From Chthonomonas calidirosea (lineage in GTDB: Bacteria; Armatimonadota; Fimbriimonadia; Fimbriimonadales; Fimbriimonadaceae), in contig CAMAPH010000063.1 of NCBI GenBank assembly GCA_945859975.1, forward strand, positions 1 through 12,502: a stretch of 12,502 nucleotides of DNA, written 5' to 3'. Below the pieces are notes generated by a model that saw only the letters and a program-made list of their open reading frames with translations, was not told the DNA's origin and searched no databases. This document shows positions 1 through 9,516 of this stretch, piece after piece (the first letter of the stretch is position 1; each line of letters opens with the position of its first letter). A program made the translations under genes and the position numbers.

Positions 1-2235
<2,235 letters not shown>

Positions 2236-2237
2236 CT

Positions 2238-2483
2238 TTAGCCGACCGACTCGATCTGGATGCAGTGGCACTCATTCTTGCGGAGGCAGATTCTGTACCC
2301 GCGAACGAGAATCTCGATTGGGTCACCCATCGGAGCGACTTTCACCACGCTGAATTGCGTTCCAACGGTGAAACCCATTTCTTGGAGCCGACGGCTATCG
2401 AGGCAGTTTTCGTCCACCGCGATCACTCGGGCACTCATTCCGCTCTTTAGATCTGCAAAAGTCATCCCTACCGCCGCGCTCAT
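2238..2483 (-). CDS. feoA: FeoA family SH3-like protein
   Basis: 81 aa with RRLQEMGFTVG...VVKVAPMGDPIEILVRGYRICLR, a typical FeoA signature. It lies directly upstream of feoB. Confidence 0.95.
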   Translation of the reverse strand: MSAAVGMTFADLKSGMSARVIAVDENCLDSRRLQEMGFTVGTQFSVVKVAPMGDPIEILVRGYRICLRKNECHCIQIESVG

Positions 2484-2526
2484 AGATTTAATCTACCCAA
2501 AAATGTATTTTTTCGGCACGTCAAAC
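2484..2526 (-). promoter_or_regulatory. Putative feoAB promoter with possible metal-regulator operator
   Basis: On the minus strand: TTGACG (2524-2519), an AT-rich spacer, TAGATT (2495-2490), then 6 nt and the ATG. There is no obvious SD. Imperfect dyads ccaaaaat-gt-attttttcgg and ttcggc-ac-gtcaaa are present. Confidence 0.5.
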
Positions 2527-2540
2527 AATTCTTGACTTGC

Positions 2541-3296
2541 CTATCGGACTGGACCAAATATCGCCGGGTCGATTTCACCGTTCAGCTTGATGTCCAAGTC
2601 CCATTCGGTCCGTACCGCGATCAGTTCTTGGGCCGCTGAGGGGACCACATAATTCGCCAGCTCAACGTACTTAAGCAGTTGTCCATCCTCGGTGATGCTC
2701 ATTTCTACGACTCCTTGCGGCTTTTCGCCCACAGAGTTTCGCAGTTCCGCGAACGGAAGGAAGCTGCCTCGCACCACGTACACACTTTGACCTCGGATTT
2801 CCGCCTTACCGGAGATTTCAAACTTCTTTCCCCACTTGTTTCGCAGGCTCTCAAGGTCATCCCGGCGACTGATGATGATATCAAGAGGTGGACTCTTCTC
2901 TGCAAAGGTTCCTGAAACAACCATGTAGACCTCGCGCAGAGTCATTGGTCGACCGTAGTTGAATTGTGGTTCGACGAACCGTGGTTTGCCAAGAACACCC
3001 TTTGGCTTGTCATAAGCAAAGTACTCGCCGTCGGCAATGGCAACGAATCGTCCGCCATCAGTACCTGTTCTCGTCTGGCGAATCAGCAACCGAGCCGTCT
3101 GTTGAATGGCGATCTCGGTCAACGTTTCGACCGTCACGTTCTTAGCCGATTGCTTTGTAGTAATGCGGCCCTGGGCCGAGCGCGCGTTGTTGTAATTCAG
3201 CAGCATCTTGGAGATCAAGCTGCTCGCGGTCACCTCCGGTGCCTGCGCAGGAGAACCCGCTAAAACAAGAATCGTCGAAAGGATGATGGAGTTCAT
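2541..3296 (-). CDS. Secreted hypothetical protein, possibly LolA/DUF2092-like fold
   Basis: Signal peptide (MNSIILSTILVLAGSPAQA), then the helix LISKMLLNYNNARS, a beta-rich body and a C-terminal LNGEIDPAIF. This layout resembles LolA-superfamily proteins. The gene has an ATGA overlap with the upstream gene at 3293-3296. The fold call is inference. Confidence 0.65.
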   Translation of the reverse strand: MNSIILSTILVLAGSPAQAPEVTASSLISKMLLNYNNARSAQGRITTKQSAKNVTVETLTEIAIQQTARLLIRQTRTGTDGGRFVAIADGEYFAYDKPKGVLGKPRFVEPQFNYGRPMTLREVYMVVSGTFAEKSPPLDIIISRRDDLESLRNKWGKKFEISGKAEIRGQSVYVVRGSFLPFAELRNSVGEKPQGVVEMSITEDGQLLKYVELANYVVPSAAQELIAVRTEWDLDIKLNGEIDPAIFGPVR

Positions 3297-3844
3297 TTTC
3301 GGGCTCTTCGTGACCAGATTTCGTCCGCCACCCCGGCTGCGGCATTGCTAGCACGCGCCGCGGTGAACAGCCAATCGGATAGACGATTAAGGAAAGTCAC
3401 TAGGTCGGTCGAAACAGATTCAGATCGCGACAAGTTGAAAACTGCCCTTTCTGCTCGTCGGCAAATTGATCGAGAAAGGTGCAAGTTCGCGCTGGCCGCC
3501 GTGCCTCCGGGAAGAATGAAGTTTGTCAGCGGGGCAAGTTTGGATTCCATCTGATCGATCTCCGATTCCAACTCTTCCGAGTCCTCGGGAGTGATGCGAT
3601 CAATTTTGTAGTCGCTGTCCACTGGACAAGCCAACTCCGCGCCGATGTCGAACAGTTGAGACTGAATGCGGTTGATCCATCCGGCGATCTCGCTGGGCGG
3701 GTATGCCGCAATTGCGACGCCAAGACTCGCATTCAGTTCATCCACTTCACCGATTGCGGTGATGCGTGGTGAATCTTTCGCAATCCGGTCTCCCCCAAGG
3801 AGGCCCGTTGTGCCGGTGTCGCCGGTGCGCGTGTAAATTTTCAT
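3293..3844 (-). CDS. pduO: ATP:cob(I)alamin adenosyltransferase, PduO/MMAB type
   Basis: MKIYTRTGDTGTTGL, GEVDELNA, FILPGG, RSICRRAER and LNRLSDWLF are canonical PduO-type motifs. Confidence 0.93.
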   Translation of the reverse strand: MKIYTRTGDTGTTGLLGGDRIAKDSPRITAIGEVDELNASLGVAIAAYPPSEIAGWINRIQSQLFDIGAELACPVDSDYKIDRITPEDSEELESEIDQMESKLAPLTNFILPGGTAASANLHLSRSICRRAERAVFNLSRSESVSTDLVTFLNRLSDWLFTAARASNAAAGVADEIWSRRARK

Positions 3845-4590
3845 CGCTTCTGCTTTAACACCAGTAGTACGAACTTCGGCAGCAGTTTGGTCTTACTGAG
3901 TTTTGATGGGTTTTGAAGCGTCCGCCAGAGCCATTCTAGTTTGAGCTTTTGAATGATCACCGGAGCACGCTTTACCTTGCCGCTGAATACGTCGAACGTG
4001 CCGCCGACGCCAATGGAAACGCGTGCCTTGATGATCGGCATCGTGTCAAGAATGAACTTCTCCTGCCGCGGAATTCCCATGGCCACGAACAGAAAATCGG
4101 GATCAAGCTCGGCAATTTCTGCTGCCACCACGCGATCGCTCTCTGCCGGGAAGTAGCCGTTCCTGGTTCCGACGATGTTGCAACCTGGATACTTCAGGCG
4201 CATTTTCTCGGCCGCAAGCTCAGCGACGCCGGGTGCCGCACCGAGGAAGAAGATGCTATCTCCGGTGTCCGCGCTGAGGGCGCACACGCGATCAACGATG
4301 TCAACGCCGCTTACTCGCTCGGACATTGGCTTTCCAAGCCGCTTTGCGGCCCACAAAACGCCTGCGCTATCGGGAGTGATGAGGTCCGCACGCCGATACA
4401 GAAGCTGGTAGTCCTGGTCGGACTGAGCCTGGACGATTCCGGCGGCATCGGCGGTTATGACAAAGTGTGGCCGTCCAGATGAGACGAACTCTTCTAGCCG
4501 TGCCATGGTCTCTGACATGGTCACGCGGTCAACCGGCATTCCTAAAATTTCCACCCGGGACTGCTCAGACTGGGAAACCACACGCGACAT
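3841..4590 (-). CDS. WecG/TagA/CpsF family glycosyltransferase (GT26)
   Basis: Motifs ERVSGVD, IFFLGAAPGVAE, GTRNGYF, FVAMGIPRQEKFI, IGVGGTFDVFSG.VKRAP and LEWLWR. ATGA overlap with pduO at 3841-3844. Confidence 0.93.
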   Translation of the reverse strand: MSRVVSQSEQSRVEILGMPVDRVTMSETMARLEEFVSSGRPHFVITADAAGIVQAQSDQDYQLLYRRADLITPDSAGVLWAAKRLGKPMSERVSGVDIVDRVCALSADTGDSIFFLGAAPGVAELAAEKMRLKYPGCNIVGTRNGYFPAESDRVVAAEIAELDPDFLFVAMGIPRQEKFILDTMPIIKARVSIGVGGTFDVFSGKVKRAPVIIQKLKLEWLWRTLQNPSKLSKTKLLPKFVLLVLKQKR

Positions 4591-4640
4591 CAGGCAAATC
4601 TTACCAAGCTAACCCAGCAATTCAAACTCAATTGCGCAAT
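4591..4640 (-). promoter_or_regulatory. Putative promoter of the wecG-like operon
   Basis: On the minus strand: TTGAAT (4625-4620), 16 nt, tggTAAGAT (-10 at 4603-4598, extended TGn), 7 nt, ATG. A perfect palindrome ATTGCGCAAT lies at 4631-4640. Confidence 0.55.
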
Positions 4641-4701
4641 GATCCGCAATGTCTCGTGTTAAGAGAACGTTAATTTTTTCGGTACCTTAGAGGGGTTAAG
4701 G

Positions 4702-4759
4702 CGGACAGTGTCGTCCCTTGAATGCAGGCTTCGGTCAAGCGCTCGGGACGACGCGTCCG
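4702..4759 (+). promoter_or_regulatory. Long stem-loop in the 5' leader of the prepilin-like gene (candidate cis-regulatory RNA)
   Basis: Pairings are CGGAC/GTCCG, GTGTCGTCCC/GGGACGACGC, GAATGC/GCGCTC and a terminal GGC-TTCG-GTC (cUUCGg tetraloop). The structure ends 9 nt before the ATG at 4769. Confidence 0.6.
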
Positions 4760-4768
4760 AATGCACTT

Positions 4769-5596
4769 ATGCCAACAAAACGAGCCTTCACCCTTATTGA
4801 GCTGCTAGTTGTCATCGCCATCATTGCGATCCTGGCTGCCATCCTCTTCCCTGTTTTTGCACAAGCCAAAGCAGCCGCAAAGAAAACCGCCGCGCTCAGC
4901 AACCTCAAGCAAAACGCCACCGCGGTGATCATGTACAACACCGATTACGACGGCACCTTTGCCCAGAGCGCGTATGGAATCGGAACGCCGAACGGATTTG
5001 TTATCCCAGGCAGCGGAACGCAGGTCTATGCGATCTACGATGCGATTTTCCCCTACACCAAGAACAAGGAAATCTACACCGACCCAGCCGATCCAAAGGC
5101 GATCAACTGGCGCACCGTCCTTGCTGGACTCGGGCTTGTTCCGTTCACCGGCAACGGCGCCGCGATTGAGACGGTCAGCACCAGCATCAACTTCGCCCTG
5201 TTTGAAGACCCGGCGGTCCCGCCGACCTTCGGCGAATCGGTTGTAAACGAAGGATCACTGAACGCTCCGTCCGACGTTCCGATGTTCTACTCGGCTGCGT
5301 ACGTTCGCCAGGGTGGACCGAACGAGGACGTTCCTCTCGCCCGCCGAACAGATGTGCCGAGCTACTACCAGCCAGCCGGTCCGTTTGCCGCGCAGAACTT
5401 CGCCGGTAAAGCCCGACACACCGACACCATCGTGATCAACTTTGCCGATGCTCACGCGAAGGCATTCAAGAAGAACGGAGCGCTTCCTGGCACCGCACCA
5501 GACACCTTCTTTGGTGCTGGCGCGATCAAGGCTTGCTACAACCTGCCGTACGACCTCAACGGCATCCCTGACCTGCTCGCGGAACCACGACCGTAA
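4769..5596 (+). CDS. Prepilin-type N-terminal cleavage/methylation domain protein (DUF1559/H-X9-DG type)
   Basis: MPTKRA|FTLIELLVVIAIIAILAAILFPVFAQA is a type IV prepilin signal. It is followed by LSNLKQ...MYNTDYD and a C-terminal RHTDTIVINFADAHAK (H-X9-DG-like). ATG 4769 is preferred over TTG 4718, which lies inside the hairpin. Confidence 0.9.
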   Translation: MPTKRAFTLIELLVVIAIIAILAAILFPVFAQAKAAAKKTAALSNLKQNATAVIMYNTDYDGTFAQSAYGIGTPNGFVIPGSGTQVYAIYDAIFPYTKNKEIYTDPADPKAINWRTVLAGLGLVPFTGNGAAIETVSTSINFALFEDPAVPPTFGESVVNEGSLNAPSDVPMFYSAAYVRQGGPNEDVPLARRTDVPSYYQPAGPFAAQNFAGKARHTDTIVINFADAHAKAFKKNGALPGTAPDTFFGAGAIKACYNLPYDLNGIPDLLAEPRP

Positions 5597-5605
5597 GGTG
5601 CAAAG

Positions 5606-5635
5606 CGCCCCTCGATCAATGGCGATCGAGGGGCG
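5606..5635 (+). terminator. Perfect 12-bp hairpin after the prepilin-like gene (terminator or stability element)
   Basis: CGCCCCTCGATC-aatggc-GATCGAGGGGCG begins 10 nt after the stop codon. There is no U-tract on the + strand. Confidence 0.55.
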
Positions 5636-5674
5636 GCTGACAATCGGATCCGATCGTTCCGCGTAGAATGAAGT

Positions 5675-6463
5675 GTGAGTATGACGGCGACCGCTACGGC
5701 TTCCAAAATCCGACTTAAAGTCCTTCGACAGGCTGGCGAGAAAAGCAACTCCCACTGGGAAGAGTTCGTGATTCCGTTCCGAGAAAAGTTGAACGTGATT
5801 TCCGCGCTGATGGAAGTGCAGAAAAATCCACAGACGGTCGACGGAAAGTCGGTGAGCCCACCCGCTTGGGATGGCGCGTGCCTAGAAGAGGTCTGCGGAT
5901 CTTGCACGATGATCATCAACGGCACCGTGCGTCAGGCATGTACGGCCCTGATTGAAGAAGTTGGTCAGGTTCAGGGTGATGAGTTCTTCGTCGAGCTCAA
6001 GCCAATGTCGAAATTCCCGGTGATGCGAGACCTCGTGGTCGACCGGTCGAAGATGTTCGAAAACCTCATCAAGGTGAAAGCCTGGGTTCCGATTGACGGC
6101 TCCTACGACCTCGGCGCCGCGGCTCCTCAGGACGATAACGTCCGCCAGCTCCGATACGCTCTTTCCCGCTGCATGTCCTGCGGTTGCTGCCTTGAAGCTT
6201 GCCCACAGGTGAACGAAAAGTCGCCGTTTGTCGGACCTGCCGCCCTTGGTCAGGCACTGTTATTCAACCTACACCCAGTCGGAAAGTCGCTGGAAAATGA
6301 GCGACTGGACTACCTGACCTCCGAAGAGGGCCTCAGCGCTTGCGGCAACGCTCAGAACTGCGTCAAGGTTTGCCCGAAGGGCGTTCCGCTCACCCGGGCG
6401 ATTGCTCAGTTGAACCGGGACACGACGATCTATAAGATCAAGAAATGGGTTGGCCTCGTCTGA
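5675..6463 (+). CDS. sdhB: Succinate dehydrogenase/fumarate reductase iron-sulfur subunit (Bacillus-type)
   Basis: 2Fe-2S motif CLEEVCGSC...RQAC, then PMSKFPVMRDLVVDRS, 4Fe-4S motif CMSCGCCLEACP and 3Fe-4S motif CGNAQNCVKVCPK. The start is GTG 5675 or ATG 5681, with TAGAAT at 5664-5669. Confidence 0.94.
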   Translation: MSMTATATASKIRLKVLRQAGEKSNSHWEEFVIPFREKLNVISALMEVQKNPQTVDGKSVSPPAWDGACLEEVCGSCTMIINGTVRQACTALIEEVGQVQGDEFFVELKPMSKFPVMRDLVVDRSKMFENLIKVKAWVPIDGSYDLGAAAPQDDNVRQLRYALSRCMSCGCCLEACPQVNEKSPFVGPAALGQALLFNLHPVGKSLENERLDYLTSEEGLSACGNAQNCVKVCPKGVPLTRAIAQLNRDTTIYKIKKWVGLV

Positions 6464-7287
6464 GTACGGTCAAATCCTTCCACGTTGGACCAGTTGAAGT
6501 CGGGAGTGATCGGTTAACAATCATCGCCGGGCCGTGTCTTGCCGAGTCGTTGGAGTTATGCCAGCAGATCGCGGAGGAAATGGCTGGCCACTGCGAAGAC
6601 CTTGGGTTTAACTACATCTTCAAGGCGTCCGTCGATAAAGCAAATCGAAGCTCTGGTAGCGCTAAGCGCGGATTGGGTTTTGAGGTCGGACTCCAAACCC
6701 TAGACCACATCAAGGCGCAGTTCAGCGTTCCCGTCACGACGGACATTCACACCGCCGAACAGGCGGCCGAAGTTGCGGAGCACGTTGAACTGCTCCAAAT
6801 TCCAGCGTTCTTGTGCCGCCAGACCGATTTACTGTTAGCTGCGGCGGCGACCGGCAAGCCGGTGAATGTGAAGAAGGGCCAGTTCCTTGCCCCCTGGGAC
6901 ACCAAGAACATCGTGGACAAGCTTAGCGCGGCCGGTGCAAACGGCCAGATGTTGACCGAGCGCGGTACTAGTTTCGGCTACAACACGCTGATCGTTGATA
7001 TGCCCGGGCTTGAGATCATGCGGAGCTTCGGGGTTCCGGTTTGTTTCGACGCCACGCACTCGGCCCAGCGGCCCGGCGCGGCGGGAACGTCGACCGGAGG
7101 CGTCCGAGAAAGCATCCCAGCGATGACCCGGGCTGCAGTTGCCGTTGGAATCGACGCACTCTTCCTCGAAGTTCATCCTGATCCAGAAAACGCTTGGTCC
7201 GATGCCGCTACTCAGTGGCCACTTGATCAGGCGCGAGAGCTTTTAACCGTGGTTCGCGATATCAGGCTGGCAACTCAGCGAACTTGA
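6445..7287 (+). CDS. kdsA: 3-deoxy-D-manno-octulosonate 8-phosphate synthase (probably metal-dependent class)
   Basis: Motifs IIAGPC, FKASVDKANRSS, LQIPAFLCRQTDLL, VNVKKGQF, ERGTSFGY and FDATHS. KANRS marks KdsA rather than DAHP synthase, and the Cys in AGPC indicates the metal-dependent form. The start is uncertain (6445 or 6460). Confidence 0.95.
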   Translation: MGWPRLSTVKSFHVGPVEVGSDRLTIIAGPCLAESLELCQQIAEEMAGHCEDLGFNYIFKASVDKANRSSGSAKRGLGFEVGLQTLDHIKAQFSVPVTTDIHTAEQAAEVAEHVELLQIPAFLCRQTDLLLAAAATGKPVNVKKGQFLAPWDTKNIVDKLSAAGANGQMLTERGTSFGYNTLIVDMPGLEIMRSFGVPVCFDATHSAQRPGAAGTSTGGVRESIPAMTRAAVAVGIDALFLEVHPDPENAWSDAATQWPLDQARELLTVVRDIRLATQRT

Positions 7288-8326
7288 GATAAGCCGCTTC
7301 GATTCGGGCGGCCATCTTAGGAATTGTGTATTCGGCGTTGAACAGTTCCTGGCCGTTCCGACCAATCCTGGCAAGCCGGTCAGGGTCGGACCGGGCTTCG
7401 AGCAGGGCACGCGCAAGGTCTTCTGGATTTCCGGCTTGGAACAGGAAGCCAGTTTCACCTTCCGAAACGATCTCGGGGATACCACCAACCTGCGACGCGA
7501 TCACGGGCGTTCCCACTGCGAGAGCTTCCAGGGCAGCGTAGGGAAACGCTTCTTCCCAAACGCTCGGAATGACGACCACGTCCATCGCGCGCATGTGGTC
7601 GGCAACGTCTTCAACCCGACCAATGAAGTGGACTTGGCTCGCGACGCGCATGAACGAGCTCAGCTTCGCCAGCTCTTCGCCGTAGGCGCCTTCGCCGTAG
7701 ATTAGGGCGTGCACCCCTTGGGCGCGGGGCATGGCGCGGAGGAAGACATCGATTCCCTTCTCTTTATTCAGGCGGCTGAAGGAGCCGGCAAAGAAGCCGG
7801 TCGAGCCGAAGCTCAGGTCGGTTCGGACATCTTCGCGGGAGCGATTAAACACCGGCTCAGGAGAACCGGCTTTGGCGACGATCATCCGCTCGGGCGGGAT
7901 TCCGCTTTCGGCAAGAACGTTTCGGACGGCGTTTGAGACCGGGATGATGTTCGGCCAGAGGCGGTTGTAGATTCGGGCTTTGCGGCGGTTCCAAGGCAAC
8001 GCGACATGACGCGTCATCACTCGGGTCGGGACTTTACGCATTCGGACGGCAAGGCCGGCGGTCACGAAGTCGGGGCTGAAGTGAACGTGGGCGACGTCGA
8101 ACTTGGTGTCGGAGAGGAGACGAAGGTACTTCGCCAAAGTTCGAAAGTCCAGCTTCCGCTCGATCCCGATGTTGACGCCCGGTTCGCGTTTGCCCAGCTT
8201 GCCCTCGTCGGTGCGCGCGATGGTGACTTCGTGGCCGTGGTCGCGTAAGCCCTTCGATAGAAACGACACGTACCGCTCGATGCCGCCCCAATCGTTGAGC
8301 GAGCTGGCGATTTGGAGGACTTTCAT
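7262..8326 (-). CDS. GT4 (GT-B, RfaB-like) glycosyltransferase
   Basis: MKVLQI...WGGIERYV...L..HGHEV, SRLNKEKG, and DVVVIPSVWEEAFPYAALEALAVGTPVIASQVGGIPEIV (EX7E motif). Confidence 0.92.
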   Translation of the reverse strand: MKVLQIASSLNDWGGIERYVSFLSKGLRDHGHEVTIARTDEGKLGKREPGVNIGIERKLDFRTLAKYLRLLSDTKFDVAHVHFSPDFVTAGLAVRMRKVPTRVMTRHVALPWNRRKARIYNRLWPNIIPVSNAVRNVLAESGIPPERMIVAKAGSPEPVFNRSREDVRTDLSFGSTGFFAGSFSRLNKEKGIDVFLRAMPRAQGVHALIYGEGAYGEELAKLSSFMRVASQVHFIGRVEDVADHMRAMDVVVIPSVWEEAFPYAALEALAVGTPVIASQVGGIPEIVSEGETGFLFQAGNPEDLARALLEARSDPDRLARIGRNGQELFNAEYTIPKMAARIEAAYLKFAELPA

Positions 8327-9207
8327 TTCAGGTGCTCGCGAAGCCAGGCGGCGTTTTGGGAGATCATTTCGGGGTGCCAGTCGTGGCCCCAGTCGAGCAC
8401 GGACAGTTCTTTAGGTCCGGGGAGGGCTTCGAAGATGGCCCGAACCGAATCTGGTTTACAAGCCGGGTCTTTGAGGCCGAGGGAAACGTGAGTCGGAACT
8501 TTGGAGAATGCGGCGTGGGTGGCGGTGTCGAAGTAGGAGACCGTATTCAGGATTCGCGCCTCGCCCATCGGGAGTTCGGCCATGAAGTCGGTGAGTTCTT
8601 TGAGCGGATAGCGGTAGACGTGGCCCACGAGGGTGCTGGGGACCTTTCCGAGGAACGGCATGTCGGCGCAGGCGGCGCGGACGATGGGGTTCCAGGCGGC
8701 GTTCCAGAGGGTGATTCCGGCGCCTTGGGACATTCCCATGACGCCGATACGGTCTTCGTCGACTTCGATTTGGGCTTGCAGAACGCGGCTTGCGATGACC
8801 GAGTTCTGGAACATTTGGCGGAAGACCCAGGTTTCGGGAAGCTCGGCGCCTTGGGCGAAGTAGCCGCGGGAGGGGACGTACTTTTCCTGATGGAAGGCAC
8901 TTTCGCCGAAGAAATTGAAGCTGAGACTGGTGAAGCCTTCCCTTGTGCCGTAATCATCCGGAAGTTTTGACTCTCGTCCATAGGGCGGAATCCAGACGAA
9001 TCCGGGCAGTCGTCGTGCGCCGTGGGGGTGGGCGATCCAGCCGTAGAGGGTTTCGCCATTGATGCCACGAAACTCCAGCTTTTCGACCACATGCGATTCG
9101 CGCATGCGCTCGTCTTGCGGGCTGCGATGGTAGTCAAGCGGCGCCGCGAACGCTTCCGCGACGGTGCGGTGCCAGAACGCCTCGAAATCGTCCGGAAGGC
9201 CAGACAC
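8323..9207 (-). CDS. Acetylxylan esterase / cephalosporin-C deacetylase family (CE7, AXE1) alpha/beta hydrolase
   Basis: N-terminal PDDFEAFW, nucleophile elbow GMSQGAG, SYFD, catalytic Asp in GLKDPAC and His in WGHDW. Confidence 0.88.
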   Translation of the reverse strand: MSGLPDDFEAFWHRTVAEAFAAPLDYHRSPQDERMRESHVVEKLEFRGINGETLYGWIAHPHGARRLPGFVWIPPYGRESKLPDDYGTREGFTSLSFNFFGESAFHQEKYVPSRGYFAQGAELPETWVFRQMFQNSVIASRVLQAQIEVDEDRIGVMGMSQGAGITLWNAAWNPIVRAACADMPFLGKVPSTLVGHVYRYPLKELTDFMAELPMGEARILNTVSYFDTATHAAFSKVPTHVSLGLKDPACKPDSVRAIFEALPGPKELSVLDWGHDWHPEMISQNAAWLREHLK

Positions 9208-9212
9208 GGGGC

Positions 9213-9452
9213 TTATGCACCAACGGCGCGCTGAAGCGCCTCAACGTGCAAGCCGGTGGTCATGAGCCAGGCGGTTGCGCGCTGGATATCTTCGACGGGG
9301 CCTTCGAGTTCGACTTGAACCCAGCCGAAGTCGACATCCACATTCGCCTTTTGGATGTTCACCTTTACATTGAATTCTCGGCAAAGCCGCCAGAGAATCG
9401 CTTCCTGTACGTGTTCCCGTCCGCCGGTTAGGTTAATCGTCACGTGAGTCAT
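9213..9452 (-). CDS. Stand-alone NIL domain protein (79 aa)
   Basis: MTHVTINLTGGREHVQEAILWRLCREFNVKVNIQKANVDVDFGWVQVELEG...AWLMTTGLHVE follows the NIL (MetN C-terminal-like) pattern. The true start is ATG 9452; the longer ORF-track extension overlaps leuA. Confidence 0.85.
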   Translation of the reverse strand: MTHVTINLTGGREHVQEAILWRLCREFNVKVNIQKANVDVDFGWVQVELEGPVEDIQRATAWLMTTGLHVEALQRAVGA

Positions 9453-9516
9453 GCGCCAACGAAATATACCGCGACGGGCTCGGTCGTGGTTCGACCGGCG
9501 CGTACATAATGCAGTT
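9453..9516. promoter_or_regulatory. Divergent promoter region between the NIL gene and leuA
   Basis: TATATT (-, 9468-9463) lies 10 nt before the NIL ATG, and CATAAT (+, 9505-9510) lies 6 nt before the leuA ATG. A dyad CGGTCG-N5-CGACCG sits at 9481-9497. Confidence 0.5.

Noticed and set aside
4702..4759. Hairpin as SRP RNA, tRNA, or c-di-GMP/cobalamin riboswitch
   Set aside because: It lacks the SRP GGAA-loop/AGCAG motif, a cloverleaf, the GCAAAC/GNRA features of c-di-GMP-I and a B12 box.
4718..4768. N-terminal extension of the prepilin-like ORF from TTG 4718
   Set aside because: It lies within the RNA hairpin. Prepilin leaders are short and basic, which fits ATG 4769.
8332..9137. Long alternative ORFs (212 aa on +, 196 aa on -) over the CE7 gene
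   Set aside because: These are shadow frames caused by the C-rich third positions and have no recognisable motifs.
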